A stretch of DNA of 64,000 bases from Candidatus Latescibacterota bacterium (GTDB lineage: Bacteria > Latescibacterota > CBDEFO01), in NCBI GenBank assembly GCA_965248755.1, contig OZ252149.1, positions 4,224,001 to 4,288,000 of the forward strand, given 5' to 3'. A program made the translations under genes and the position numbers. Below are positions 10,968 to 23,900 of the stretch, one piece after another (positions within the stretch are counted from its first letter, which is position 1; each line of letters opens with the position of its first letter). The notes under the pieces are model-generated. The model was not told where the DNA came from. It made no database searches and worked only from the letters and a program-made list of their open reading frames with translations.

Positions 10968-11612
10968 TCAGTCTGCCTGCTCGCCGCCTCCGGGGTTTAT
11001 GGGAGCTCCCTCCCAGAGTTGGAGGAATTCCTGAGCTTTTTGCGACGTGTGCAGATAAGAAAAGCGAGCCACCTGGCGTCCGATGTCCATGACCCTTTCC
11101 TGCAGTCGGTCGTCTTTCAAATTTCCGTCCTCATCGAACGCATTCCATGCTTCAGGGATAGATGCCTGTTCCGGGATGACCCATGCATGGAGCGCACGTC
11201 CTACCGTCCGGAGACTGTTCAAGGCGTTAAGACCGCCCATCTGTCCCCCCGATACGCCCACAAGCCCGATCATCTTGCCTTCAAACTCATCAAACCCCAG
11301 CAGATCTACGGCGTTTTTCAACACACCGCTGAAGCTACCATGATACTCAGGTGTCCCCAGAATAATACCTCGTGCCCTACTTACCTCTTCCCGCAGTTTA
11401 AAGATGTCCTCGGGATAGGCACTTTCGTCTTCCTTCCCATCGCACAAAATGAGGTCGTATTCCTTCAAGTCTATCAATTGGGTCTGGACACCCACCTCCA
11501 GAGCACCTTGTAGTGCGACGTTCACTGCCATGCGGGTATAGCTGCCATCTCTAAGGCTCCCACAGATGCCGACGATCAGGATGTTGTTTTCCGTATGATC
11601 TGTTTGATTCAT
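10968..11612 (-). CDS. NADPH-dependent FMN reductase
   Basis: GICGSLRDGS, GTPEYHGSFSGVLKNAVD. Confidence 0.9.
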   Translation of the reverse strand: MNQTDHTENNILIVGICGSLRDGSYTRMAVNVALQGALEVGVQTQLIDLKEYDLILCDGKEDESAYPEDIFKLREEVSRARGIILGTPEYHGSFSGVLKNAVDLLGFDEFEGKMIGLVGVSGGQMGGLNALNSLRTVGRALHAWVIPEQASIPEAWNAFDEDGNLKDDRLQERVMDIGRQVARFSYLHTSQKAQEFLQLWEGAPINPGGGEQAD

Positions 11613-11822
11613 GGTGATCTCCTTTTGACATTGACGTCAAGTAAACGTCCCTCAAATACGCTAAGAACGAACCGACTCTTTTACCGAATAATCACGGCTA
11701 CAATTCTATCCGCTTATAGAGTCCCGCTGCATAAAGATGTGCCGCATCATTTAGTCTTTCTATCGTATGCTGGTTCCATTGATTTGTTCTGAGCACGGTG
11801 ATCCCCATCAGTGAAGCATCAA

Positions 11823-11977
11823 CCAACATTCCCCATATCACATTCATGAGGGGTTTTATATCGATACAATCTTATTTGTGAATGAATATTACCACTTTTA
11901 TATTTTTCAACAAGTACTTTTTTCAATCAAAATAGCATTTTCCTCTGAATTATCACTTTCTTTGTGTTTAAATCCTC
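11823..11977 (-). mobile_element. Isolated downstream end fragment of the same IS1380 element
   Basis: Close match to 5793-5947 and to the start of 40478-41748. Confidence 0.85.
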
Positions 11978-12662
11978 GGGGTCGAAGGGGCGTCCACTGA
12001 GACGGTAGTGGTTAAGCGTGATAGGGAACTCCTACATCCCAAATTGTCATGTGCACTTGCAGGCGACCATATGCACTCCGCAAGGCTAAATGCCTCACTA
12101 ATGAGCAGTATGTATAAAGTACAAAAAATCCACCACAATCACAAGACAACTTTTGACCTTTACTTTTCTACCAACTTCTACTAAATTTCTACTGGAACAA
12201 GCCAAAACACCGTGAAACACAAAGAAACACCGTAGAAGGTGAAGGGTTGTTAGCCTAAATAAAATAAAGAGTTAGGTAACAACACGAAACAGCAGGGAAA
12301 ACACTTAACTGACAGTGGGTCAGACAGGAATGTCACTGGAAGGTTTCCTCACCATAGCGTTCACCTCCTGCCGCCTAAGATACTACAGAACTAATAATAG
12401 GGCAATACTTAAGAGGAGTGACTACCTAGCCGCAAACTTTCCCCGCGAATTTTATAGTCAATTGAAGATAGGTGCAGTATAGTCTTCCGTCAAGAATGCA
12501 TCTGTCCTTGTATTACTTAGTTGACACTCCATCACGAATTCCTTATATTACTTCATATCAGTCTCTCGGAACTCTACTTGAAATAATCAGGCAAGGCTGC
12601 AGGCGAGATTCCGTGCCATCCGTGTTACGATCGGTAAGAACACGACTGCTCAAGGCGAAAGA

Positions 12663-13067
12663 ATGTACAGACTCTTCTTAACTTTCTTTGCAATAGTATC
12701 TTTGATCCTTTACACTGGATGCTCTCAGACAAGGCCGATAAAGACGGTCGATTCGATTTTACCGGAAGATATAAAAGAGGGAGAAGAAGCCAAGATTATC
12801 CTCAAGGATCGGACCACAGCCGAGGGCACGATTATCTCTTCAAATGAAGATGAGATAACCCTCAAAATTGTGTATCAAGATTACGAAAAAGGCGGGAAAA
12901 GAGCAAAGTTCATATCTTACAGATGGGATGACATCGAAAGAGTCGAATCCAAGTCACAGGGGGAAAAGACCAGAAGCAGCCTTCGCGTGGCGGCGATAAT
13001 GACCGGTATTGTAATAGGTACCGGTTTTCTGCTTTTGGGACTCATAACAGATGCCCTGTCCAATTGA
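12663..13067 (+). CDS. Hypothetical lipoprotein with a C-terminal TM helix
   Basis: Signal peptide ending YTGC; hydrophobic C-terminus. Confidence 0.6.
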   Translation: MYRLFLTFFAIVSLILYTGCSQTRPIKTVDSILPEDIKEGEEAKIILKDRTTAEGTIISSNEDEITLKIVYQDYEKGGKRAKFISYRWDDIERVESKSQGEKTRSSLRVAAIMTGIVIGTGFLLLGLITDALSN

Positions 13068-13171
13068 TTGAGCTCTTTAAGTAAGAAGCTCCAAAAGTGC
13101 AACAGCAGAGAGTCCTGATGCCTGAAGAATCCTTTGTGCTGAATTAATACTGAAGAAGGACTACACCAAAT

Positions 13172-13792
13172 ATGAAGGTCAACAAAAAGGGAGTGGCTTT
13201 CTTGATTTCGGGGATGTGCAGCCCGTTTATCCTGCTCTTTCTGACCTCAATCCCTATAGTCTATCTGCATACATCTTCCCTCGGTTCCTTTCTGCTGTTC
13301 TTCTTTTTGACTCTTGTCTTTGTAATTATGGTTCCTCTGGTTTCTATTGTTATGCTGTTCGTAAAGGGGAAGATAACGAGCATACACATTATAGACAAAG
13401 GTGAACGCAAGCTCCCCTTTGTAGTGGTGATCTTAAGCGTGTGCCTCGGTCTGGTTTTTTTTTATCTTTTCGATGCTCCGCTGGAGCTTATCGCTTTGGC
13501 TATTACATTTATAGCTAATGGTATTGTTCTGGCGGCGATCACACCCTATTGGAAAGTGAGCCTGCACGTAGCCGCGGCGACGTGCTGTTTTACAGCGGTG
13601 ACCGTGTTCTGCGGATGGAAGATGTCTTTTTCGTTTCTTGCTCTTCCTCTCATATCGTGGGCGAGGATCTCGAGAGGGAGGCACAATCTTGCGCAGTCGC
13701 TGGGAGCAGTTTTGGCCTCACTGGTAGTGACGATTTTGATGTTCTATATATTCCTGCCCGATTATATACACAGGCTGTTGTCTTTCGAGTAG
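13172..13792 (+). CDS. PAP2-like integral membrane protein
   Basis: Multiple TMs; KVSLH and WARISRGRHNLAQ motifs. Confidence 0.6.
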   Translation: MKVNKKGVAFLISGMCSPFILLFLTSIPIVYLHTSSLGSFLLFFFLTLVFVIMVPLVSIVMLFVKGKITSIHIIDKGERKLPFVVVILSVCLGLVFFYLFDAPLELIALAITFIANGIVLAAITPYWKVSLHVAAATCCFTAVTVFCGWKMSFSFLALPLISWARISRGRHNLAQSLGAVLASLVVTILMFYIFLPDYIHRLLSFE

Positions 13793-13820
13793 CAACGAAT
13801 GATATAAGGGGATGATCTGT

Positions 13821-13868
13821 TTGGACGATCTAAAATCGTGGCTGACTCTATTTAACATTAAGGGTGTG
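13821..13868 (+). repeat. Left copy (attL-like) of a 48-bp direct repeat; displaced original 5' end of dprA
   Basis: 44/48 identical to 27317-27364; TTG start with AAGGGG upstream; the stub stops at 13892. Confidence 0.9.
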
Positions 13869-13975
13869 ATAAGACTAATAAATCTGTATTAAAATGTGTA
13901 AATACGGCTCATGCGGTTATGGATCCTGAGCTTTTAGTTCAAACTATCAATGGGGTAAAGAATAGATAAGAAAGA

Positions 13976-15310
13976 GTGTATAGAATGCCAATTCATAGAG
14001 AATCAACCAACATTAGTGGAAAGTTAGTTCCTAATATTTTGATGGTAGGCTCAGGTCATTATACCACTGGTTGGGTTAAAGGACAACAAAACAAATCAGA
14101 TAAGAAGATAGGTGTTATTGCTCCTGTTCTTTTTGATCAAAGAAGATTAGGTAATGTAGGAAATTTATCTATGGTTGGAACGAATGGAACAAGATTCCCT
14201 GAGATAAGATCACATTTAGAAGAACATGTTGCACAGGTCTATAGAGACATGGATACTTCTTTTAGATCATTTCCAAATGATGACGTTAAAAGTAATCCTT
14301 TGGCATATTTGGAAGCTATGGAAACTTTGGATCCCGGGGATGCAGTTATAATTACCACGCCAGATGATACCCACTTCAAAATCGCAAAAGCTGCTATAGA
14401 AAAAGGTCTTCACTTTTTGATTACAAAACCGCCAGTAAAGACACTTAAAGAGCATCTTGAACTAATTAATATTGCAAAACAACATGATGTACTGGGTGCT
14501 GTTGATGTGCATAAAAGATATGATACAGTGTATGCTGATGCAAGACAACAAATAAGGGAACAATTACAAAAACATGAACGTCTTACTTGCCTACAGGCAC
14601 ATATGACCTGTCAAAAAGAACGACTGGATAATGTCCCTTGGGCCGGAAAATCGAGCGATGTTAGTTATTATTTGAATTCACACCATATTGACTGGCATGT
14701 GTGGACTATGGAAGATTTTGCTAGACCCGTTAAGGTTTATGCTACTGCTGCCAAAGGTATTGCAAATAACCCTCCTCATAATTTACCGACAGAAGATATG
14801 ATTATATTAACTGTTGATTGGGAACATTTCTCTGATCCCAAAAATAATGGGATAGCTGTGTACATAGCAGGATGGGTAGATCCAGCAAGTGATGTCTATA
14901 CAGAACAAGGATTTACAATCAATGTACCAGGGTACAAAATAGATGCTGACCAAAGTCGTAGAGGTTACATGACATCAGAAGATGGTCCAGGTATTAAGTC
15001 ACTAAATCCCTTTTATATGAAGTACTCACCTAATGAAGAAGGGTACTTTGATAGTAGAGGTTACGGGTGTTTATGCATTGCAGCTTTTATAGAAGCTATC
15101 GGTCAAATACTAAATAAACAAAAAACTGTAACAGATTATGATAGAACACTCCCCATAATTGCTAGGACAACCCAGATGACAGCAATTTTAGAAGCAGGAA
15201 GAGAAAGTTTAGATGCTGGAGGAGTTCCTGTGTCCATTAAATATGATAAGAAAGATAAATCGCTTCCGGTTGGGCTGACTAAGTACAAATTATTAAGAAC
15301 AAGAATGTAA
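13976..15310 (+). CDS. Gfo/Idh/MocA-family oxidoreductase (D-galacturonate-reductase-like)
   Basis: MVGSGHYTTG, TPDDTH, ITKPP, HKRYD, YLNSHHID; visibly AT-rich. Confidence 0.75.
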   Translation: MYRMPIHRESTNISGKLVPNILMVGSGHYTTGWVKGQQNKSDKKIGVIAPVLFDQRRLGNVGNLSMVGTNGTRFPEIRSHLEEHVAQVYRDMDTSFRSFPNDDVKSNPLAYLEAMETLDPGDAVIITTPDDTHFKIAKAAIEKGLHFLITKPPVKTLKEHLELINIAKQHDVLGAVDVHKRYDTVYADARQQIREQLQKHERLTCLQAHMTCQKERLDNVPWAGKSSDVSYYLNSHHIDWHVWTMEDFARPVKVYATAAKGIANNPPHNLPTEDMIILTVDWEHFSDPKNNGIAVYIAGWVDPASDVYTEQGFTINVPGYKIDADQSRRGYMTSEDGPGIKSLNPFYMKYSPNEEGYFDSRGYGCLCIAAFIEAIGQILNKQKTVTDYDRTLPIIARTTQMTAILEAGRESLDAGGVPVSIKYDKKDKSLPVGLTKYKLLRTRM

Positions 15311-15640
15311 CGAAAGAAAAAATGTGATTTTGCAAGACCTTGATTCATTATAGACAAGAAGAAACTTCGATTGGAGCAAGAAAGAAACTTTAAGTATAGA
15401 CTTGCATTCTTTGCCTCAGTCGTACATTTCCCATACTAACTGATATAGTTGAAAATGAGGCTGACCCCCCCTACTTAGCTGAAGATTTACTCTAAAACTG
15501 GATAAGGATGCAGGAAACTTGTGCTCTCTCATTTTCTGATAACTTTCTCCTTCTCTTAATCCTAAGTCGCCTTACGAGATCTCTGTCAAGTGAACTATTA
15601 GATACGCACGCTGGCTTAATGCACAATAAGATTTGTATCA

Positions 15641-16141
15641 TTGAATAATGTAGATAGGACATTTGCAGACAAGGTAGATTATGCCACTGGAGATACTGCC
15701 AATTGAGTCTTCAGTGCAGATTTAGATAGTGATGGTGATAATGACATGGCAGTGGCTAATGTTGACAGCGGTAGTGTATCAGTGTTTTTGAATCGCTCTG
15801 ATATACCCACTGCTGGTGTCACTGCTGTAATCGAGTATAAAGGACCATTATCAGTTATTCCCGAAGCTTATGCTTTCTCGCAGAACTATCAAAATCCCTG
15901 TATCCCCTCAGACGGTGATCTATCATGATCTTCGTGTTTGAACCACGTTAACTTATCTAGCTTCAACATGGTGGGGCAGGAGGTGGCGACGTTGGTGGAT
16001 GGAGAGACGGATGCGGGCAGGCATTCAGTGGTCTGGGATGCTAAGGATAGCGACGGATAAAGCCTTGCCAGCGGAGTCTATCTGTATCGGATGGAGACAG
16101 ATGGATTTACAATGACAAGGGAACCGATATTAATGAGATAG
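15641..16141 (+). pseudogene. Remnant of an FG-GAP repeat protein with an FlgD/T9SS-like tail
   Basis: TFADKVDY..N*VFSADLDSDGDND; SQNYQNP; LASGVYLYRMET; stop and frameshifts. Confidence 0.75.
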
Positions 16142-16467
16142 ACCTTCTCATCTTAAGTGATGCGACAGAGCCGGAGCTCAGTTTATAAGGGTTTCGGTTT
16201 TTTGTCTAACTGAATCTGCCCGATGAAGTTATTGTTGACATCTGTTTCGTTTTTCCTTATCTTGTGACCCATATCACAGTACGGACGCTAAAGTTTGATT
16301 ATCTTAACTGAGATAATTAAATGTAGGGGCGGGGTTATTCCCCCCTATAGGATTGTAGTGGAACGTAAATTCAATAAGTCATCTTCAGCCCATGGATGAG
16401 GAGGTGATACGATTTATCCGGGCTTAAATAGAGTCGAAGTTTTGTCAGTTGGTCAATGTTTTTCAAT

Positions 16468-16488
16468 CCCCGATAGATTCAATCGGGG
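16468..16488. repeat. 21-bp palindrome, copy 1 (intergenic, just upstream of an RBS)
   Basis: ccccgatagattcaatcgggg. Confidence 0.9.
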
Positions 16489-16512
16489 ATCAATCTCAAG
16501 GAGGTTTTTGCA

Positions 16513-17544
16513 ATGACTGCCAAGATATTCTGCTTGGTCGTTTTGGTCATAGCCATCTGCGCGCTTGCAACGTCTGCCACTGCCAAAATTTGGCGGGTTG
16601 ATAACAATCCTGGTAACGCGGCGGACTGGAGGACCATACAAGCGGCTCACGACGGCTCAGCAAGCGGCGATACGCTCTATGTTTCGGGTACTGCAATTAG
16701 CTATGGTAATTTGTTTGCTTCAAAGAAACTGTTTGTCTTCGGACCCGGTTATCTCCTGGGTGAAAATCCCAAAACCCAGGCAAATCTAGCCTCTGCCAAA
16801 ACTGACGCTATTAGATTCGACTCGGGTTCGGATAGTTCACTCGTCACAGGTTTAGATGTACAGGGTACATTAGAAGTTAATATTGGTGTGAGCAGCGTTA
16901 CTATCAAGAGAAATAGAATAGTCCACAGCTTTAGTCCGTGTGTCTGGATAGATGACAATACCACCAATATATTCGTTATACAGAATTACATACAAATGAC
17001 TAGTAATTCTTCTGGCACCGACGCAATCCGAGTAGATCCTGGTGTCAGCTCTACTTTCATCAATAATAATTTCATAGAGGCTGGCGTCACAACTACCGAC
17101 GCAATCGACGCAAGTACCACCTCATCTATCACCGTTGAGCAAAATGTTATCCGCGGAGATGTGATAGTATATAATACGGGTTTTAACAATAACGTATGGA
17201 GAGAGGGGACTTTTACCGGTACGAATAATGCCGTATTCAATAACATCACAAATAGTACACAGTTTGCAAGCTTTGATACAACCAACGCTAATCAATCCAG
17301 CGTAGATATGGCGACTGTTTTTGTGGGAACCGGCAGCACCGATGGCCAATGGCAATTGACAACAGGTTCTCCTGCAATCGGTGCGGGCTTAGGTGGTAAT
17401 GATATTGGAATGTTCGGTGGACTTGATCCTTATATCCTTTCCGGGATGCCTGCTATTCCTGCCATTTACTTTTTCAGCGCCCCTGTATCGGGTTCAAACA
17501 CCAGCGGCCTTCCGGTTCAAGTGAAAGTCAAATCGCATAACTGA
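16513..17544 (+). CDS. Secreted right-handed beta-helix (pectin-lyase-like fold) protein
   Basis: Signal peptide; TIQAAHD..SGDTLYV; Asn-rich ladder; SPAIGAG; AAGGAGG RBS. Confidence 0.7.
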   Translation: MTAKIFCLVVLVIAICALATSATAKIWRVDNNPGNAADWRTIQAAHDGSASGDTLYVSGTAISYGNLFASKKLFVFGPGYLLGENPKTQANLASAKTDAIRFDSGSDSSLVTGLDVQGTLEVNIGVSSVTIKRNRIVHSFSPCVWIDDNTTNIFVIQNYIQMTSNSSGTDAIRVDPGVSSTFINNNFIEAGVTTTDAIDASTTSSITVEQNVIRGDVIVYNTGFNNNVWREGTFTGTNNAVFNNITNSTQFASFDTTNANQSSVDMATVFVGTGSTDGQWQLTTGSPAIGAGLGGNDIGMFGGLDPYILSGMPAIPAIYFFSAPVSGSNTSGLPVQVKVKSHN

Positions 17545-17663
17545 TAATCGACACAAACAGTAGGCAGCATATTTTTGTTGGGGCGAGGTTCTCTCGGCTA
17601 ATGGTTGGGTAGCCCAGCCTTTACACGATAGGTGATACGGAGAAGAGAAGGTGCCCTGCCTAC

Positions 17664-17711
17664 GAGATTGCTTCCCCCCGATAGATTCAATCGGGGGTCG
17701 CTCGCAATGAC
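17664..17711. repeat. REP-like GAGATTGCTTC...TCGCAATGAC element containing palindrome copy 2 (17676-17696)
   Basis: An uninterrupted version of the same repeat is at 63733-63760. Confidence 0.8.
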
Positions 17712-17938
17712 ACGGTGTACTTTTGCCTTCGATCATTGAGAGGGGTGGAACCTCGACTCCGTCAGGAGTTACGACCCCGAGGAGACGCGAAGCGGAAGCA
17801 GAACCAAGCTCAAAGACTTTTTTCTAATGAAAAGTAATCAGTAGGGGCGAGCCCATGTGTTCACCCAGTGGGTAGGGGACACATCCTTCTCCCTATTTGC
17901 TAACAGAACAGACTCCTCCCCATAACAGGAGTATAGAG

Positions 17939-20900
17939 ATGAGTAGAGTGCAGTATGCACTCAGCGCGGTAATTCTTGCCATTTTGCTTGGTCCACAGGC
18001 GCTGTACGCACAAAACATTGTGCGGGTGGAGTACTACATCGACTCAGACCCCGGATTTGGGAATGCAACTCAGCTGGGCATTACGCCTGCCCCCGAACTG
18101 GATCTAAACTTCAATGCAAATCTTTCAGGCATAAGCGCAGGCTTGCATACTCTGTATGTTCGAGCCAAGGACGATAGTAGTAAATGGAGTTTGTCCTATA
18201 CCAAGCCCTTCTGGACTCTGGCGCTCGATGTTGCTCCAAACATTACGAAAGTGGAATATTACATAGACACAGATCCGGCCTTTGAAGCGGGCGTGGATGT
18301 GCCGATTACGCCGGGAAGTGACGTTACGCAGGATTTCACAGTTGACTTGAGTGGTCAAAGTACAGGCTTGCACGTGCTATATATTCGAGCCAAGGATCAA
18401 GGTGGCAACTGGAGTTTATCCTACGCAAAGCCCTTTATAACAGTTGCGTTGACTGTTACGCCTGATATTACGCAGGTAGAATATTACGTAGACACAGATC
18501 CTGGTTTTGGAGCGGGTGTGGATGTGCCGATTACGCCGGGAAGTGAAGTTACGCAGGATTTCACAGTTGACTTGAGCAGTCAAAGCGAAGGACTTCACGT
18601 TTTGTATGTTCGAGCCAAGGATCAAGGTGGCAATTGGAGTTTGTCCTATGCTAAGCCCTTCATAACACTTGCTTTGACTGTTGCGCCTGATATTGCGCAG
18701 GTAGAATATTACATAGACACAGACCCAGGATATGGAGCGGGCGTGGATGTGCCGATTACGCCGGGAAGTGACGTTACGCAGGATTTCACAGTTGACTTGA
18801 GTGGTCAAAGCGAAGGACTTCACGTTTTGTATGTTCGAGCCAAGGATCAAGGTGGCAATTGGAGTTTGTCCTATGCAAAGCCCTTCATAACAGTTGCTTT
18901 GACTGTTGTGTCTGATATTACGCAGGTAGAATATTACATCGACACAGATCCAGGCTTTGGAGCGGGTGTGGATGTGCCGATTACACCGGGAAGTGACATC
19001 ACACAGACTTTCACAGTTGACTTGACTGGTCAAAGCGAAGGACTTCACGTTTTGTATGTTCGAGCCAAGGATCAAGGTGGCAGTTGGAGTTTGTCCTACG
19101 CCAAGCCCTTCATAACGGTCTCTCTCGCAGTTGCTTCAAACATCATGAAGGCAGAATATTACATAGACACAGACCCCGGCCTTGGAAACGGCGTAGAAAT
19201 GCCTATTACTACACTGGGGACTGACATTACGCAGGATTTCACAGTTGACTTGAGCGGTCAGAGCGGAGGACTTCACGTTTTGTATGTTCGAGCGCAGGAT
19301 GAAAGCGGCGATTGGAGTTTGTCCCTGGCAAAGAGCTTTACTGTCATTGTGGATGTTTCGCCTGAAGTTGTACAGATGGAATATTATATCGACACAGACC
19401 CTGGCTTTGGAGCAGGTGTGGACGTGCCTATTTCTACACCTGGAAATGACGTCACGCGGGGTTTCATAGTAGACTTAAGCAGTCAAAGCGAAGGACTTCA
19501 TGTTCTATATGTTCGAGCCAAGGACCAAGGTGGTAACTGGAGCTTATCTCATGCCAAGCCATTTACAAAGGTGACTTTAGCTGTGGCGTCTGATATTGTT
19601 CAGATGGAGTATTATATTGACACAGACCCTGGCTTTGGAGCAGGTGTGAATGTTTCTATTGGTACACCGGGTGTTGACATTACACAAAGTCTCACAGTCG
19701 ACCTGAGTGTTCAAAGCGATGGACTCCACGTTCTATATATTCGAGCTAAGGATCAGAATGGCAGTTGGAGTTTGTCCCATGCCAAGCCATTTACGAAGGT
19801 GACTTTAGCAGTTGCTTCTGATATTGTTCAGATGGAGTATTATATTGACACAGACCCTGGATTTGGAGCAGGTGTGAATGTGCCTATTGCTTCACCGGGT
19901 GTTGACATTACACAGAGTCTCACAGTCGACCTGAGTGTTCAAAGCGATGGACTCCACGTTCTATATATTCGGGCCAAGGATCAAAATGGGAATTGGAGTT
20001 TATCATATGCTAAACCATTTACAAAGGTGACTTTAGCTGTGGCGTCTGATATTGTTCAGATGGAGTATTATATTGACACAGACCCTGGCTTTGGAGCAGG
20101 TGTGAATGTTTCTATTGGTACACCGGGTGTTGACATTACACAAAGTCTCACAGTCGACCTGAGTGTTCAAAGCGATGGACTCCACGTTCTATATATTCGA
20201 GCTAAGGATCAGAATGGCAGTTGGAGTTTGTCCCATGCCAAGCCATTTACGAAGGTGACTTTAGCAGTTGCTTCAGATATTGTTAAGATGGAGTATTACA
20301 TAGACACAGACCCTGGGTTTGGAGCAGGTGTGAATGTTTCTATTGTAACTCCGGGTGTTGATATTACACAAAGTCTCACAGTCGACTTGAGCGGTCAAAG
20401 TGATGGGCTTCATGTCCTGTATGTTCGAGCTAAGGATCAAAATGGGAATTGGAGTTTATCTTATGCTAAGCCTTTTACGAAGGTGACTTTAGCTGTGGCA
20501 TCTGATATTGTTCAGATGGAGTATTACATAGACACAGACCCTGGATTTGGAGCAGGTGTGAATGTGCCTATTGCTTCACCGGGTGTTGACATTACACAGA
20601 GTCTCACAGTCGACCTGAGTGTTCAAAGCGATGGACTCCACGTTCTATATATTCGGGCCAAGGATCAAAATGGGAATTGGAGTTTATCATATGCTAAACC
20701 ATTTACAAAGGTGACTTTAGCTGTGGCGTCTGATATTGTTCAGATGGAGTATTATATTGACACAGACCCTGGCTTTGGAGCAGGTGTGAATGTTTCTATT
20801 GGTACACCGGGTGTTGACATTACACAAAGTCTCACAGTCGACCTGAGTGTTCAAAGCGATGGACTCCACGTTCTATATATTCGAGCTAAGGATCAGAATG

Positions 20901-23900
20901 GCAGTTGGAGTTTGTCCCATGCCAAGCCATTTACGAAGGTGACTTTAGCAGTTGCTTCTGATATTGTTCAGATGGAGTATTACATAGACACAGACCCTGG
21001 ATTTGGAGCAGGTGTGAATGTTTCTATTGTAACTCCGGGTGTTGATATTACACAAAGTCTCACAGTCGACTTGAGCGGTCAAAGCGATGGTCTCCACGTT
21101 CTATATATTCGAGCTAAGGATCAAAATGGGAATTGGAGTTTATCGTATGCTAAGCCTTTTACGAAGGTGACTTTAGCTGTGGCGTCTGATATTGTTCAGA
21201 TGGAGTATTACATAGACACAGACCCTGGCTTTGGAGCAGGTGTGAATGTGCCTATCGCTACACCGGGTGTTGACATTACACAGAGTGTCACAGTAGACTT
21301 GAGTGTTCAAAGCGATGGGCTTCATGTCCTGTATGTTCGGGCTAAGGATCAGAATGGCAGTTGGAGTTTGTCATATGCTAAGCCATTTACGAAGGTGACT
21401 TTAGCTGTGGCGTCTGATATTGTTCAGATGGAGTATTACATAGACACAGACCCCGGGTTTGGAGCAGGTGTAAATGTTCCTATTGTTACACCGGGTGTTG
21501 ACATTACACAGAGTCTCACAGTTGACTTGAGCGGTCAGAGTGATGGGCTTCATGTCCTGTATGTTCGGGCTAAGGATCAGAATGGCAGTTGGAGTTTGTC
21601 ATATGCTAAGCCATTTACGAAGGTGACTTTAGCTGTGGCGTCTGATATTGTTCAGATGGAGTATTACATAGACACAGACCCCGGGTTTGGAGCAGGTGTG
21701 GATGTTTCTATTGCTACACCGGGTGTTGACGTTGAGCAAAGTTTTGTGGTTGACCTGGGTGTTCAGAGCGATGGTCTGCACGTTCTATATGTTCGGGCTA
21801 AGGATCAGAATGGCAGTTGGAGTTTGTCATATGCTAAGCCATTTACGAAGGTGACTTTAGCTGTGGCGTCTGATATTGTTCAGATGGAGTATTACATAGA
21901 CACAGACCCTGGGTTTGGAGCAGCTGTGGATGTGGCTATTGCTACACCGGGTGTTGACATTACACAAAGTCTCACAGTCGACCTGAGCGGTCAGAGCGAT
22001 GGACTCCACGTTCTATATATTCGAGCTAAGGATCAGAATGGCAGTTGGAGTTTATCATATGCCAAGCCATTTACGAAGGTGACTTTAGCAGTTGCTTCTG
22101 ATATTGTTCAGATGGAGTATTACATAGACACAGACCCTGGGTTTGGAGCAGGTGTGGAGGTTACTATTGTTACACCGGGTGTTGACATTACACAGAGTCT
22201 CACAGTTGACTTGAGCGGTCAAGGAGATGGTCTGCACGTTCTATATATTCGGGCCAAGGATCAAAATGGGAATTGGAGTTTATCATATGCTAAGCCATTT
22301 ACGAAGGTGCGTCGTGAAATAGCCCCAAATATCACTGCTGTTGAATACTATTTCATTAAGGATGGGACAAAGACCCAGGTCAGTACTTACACGAATTTCA
22401 CATCCACAACAGATGTTGGGGCCAATTTCGTAGCGGATATATCAGCCTTGGATAATAATAGTTCCTACAATTGGCATATCTACGGCATAGCTGAGGACGA
22501 CAGAAGGAGTTTGGAGTACGTTCACTCATTTACGGTCGGAAACGCCCCTCCGGTTGCCGTGGACGATACCGTAACCACGCCTGAGGACACGTCGATTGTC
22601 ATCGCTGTGCTTTCCAACGATTTTGACGTGGCTGGAGACACGCTCAAAGTGCAATCGGTTGACACGACCGGCACTGTAGGAAGGGTCGTCGTCGATCCCG
22701 GTGATACTACACTAACGTATGCGCCGAAGGCCGACTTCAACGGTATAGATACGTTCGAGTACGTGGTAACAGATGGTGTAGTGACTGACACAGCCACGGT
22801 CACGGTTACAGTGGAACCGGTGAACGACGCGCCGGGGGACTTTGTCCGGCTTTTGCCCGCTGATAGTAGCCTCGTCCAGCGCGATTCTGTCCTTTTCCTC
22901 TGGACAGCAGCGTCCGATGCGGACAGGGATACGGTGGAATATACGATAAGTATCTCTTTCGCTCAGATCGATACTAGCTTTGTCGTGGAAGACACGACGT
23001 TAGTGGTCGATTTCCGAACGTTTGAGCTGCCCAAGGCCCAGCTTCCTGTGACGTGGTTGGTAGTCGCCTCAGATGGCATCGTGACCTCTGGGCCGACCAA
23101 TGGAAACGGGAACTTTACTTTGAACACGCCACTTCTGTTCGGCGATGTATCGGGCAACGGCGAGATCACCTCCTTCGATGCGGTGTTGATCTTGCAGCAT
23201 ACGGTGGGGCTGATCACACTGACGGATCCCTTTGCCCGCGTTGCAGATGTCTCCGACAACGGCAGAATCAGCGCCTTTGACGCCGCTTTAGTGCTGCGCT
23301 TTGTCGTGGGTGGTATCTCGTGCTTGCCGGCTGACCCAGACTGTGGAGTATTAGCTAAGGGTAAAGCCGTTGCAGGCACACTTGCCTGGTCAGAGACTCA
23401 GTCAGGAGATGTGCCCGGGCACGTCGATCTACCGATCATGTGGAACAGTGAGATGGGAGATGTGATCTCCGCAGAGTTCACCGTGCAGATCGACACGAGT
23501 TTTGCAAAGTTAGTAGATGTGGTTTCAAACCTTCCGGGGGACTGGCAGATGGTGTATAGTTTCTCCAGCGGTGAGCTAAAAGTGGCGATGGCTGGTCTCA
23601 CACGTATATCTGACGCACGCTTAGCTACGCTCCGGTTGCTGATGAGCCAACGGGAGACAGAGGTGACGATTCGCGGTGTAGGGTCGGTCAACGAGGAGCA
23701 GGAGCAGGAGTTGGGAGCTGCAAGGGTCCGGTATGTGCCGAAGGAATACGCGCTGGAGCAGAACTATCCCAATCCATTCAATCCCCAGACTGTGATCCGT
23801 TACGATCTTCCTGTCCGAAGCCAAGTTACCTTATCTGTCTTTAACATAGTGGGACAGAAAGTTGCCACACTGCTGAATGAGGAGATGGATGGAGGCAGTT

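Noticed and set aside
18017..22330. CRISPR-like regular repeats
   Set aside because: The units are 225-228 bp, in-frame coding, with no unique spacers or cas genes; the 21-bp palindromes are dispersed, not arrayed
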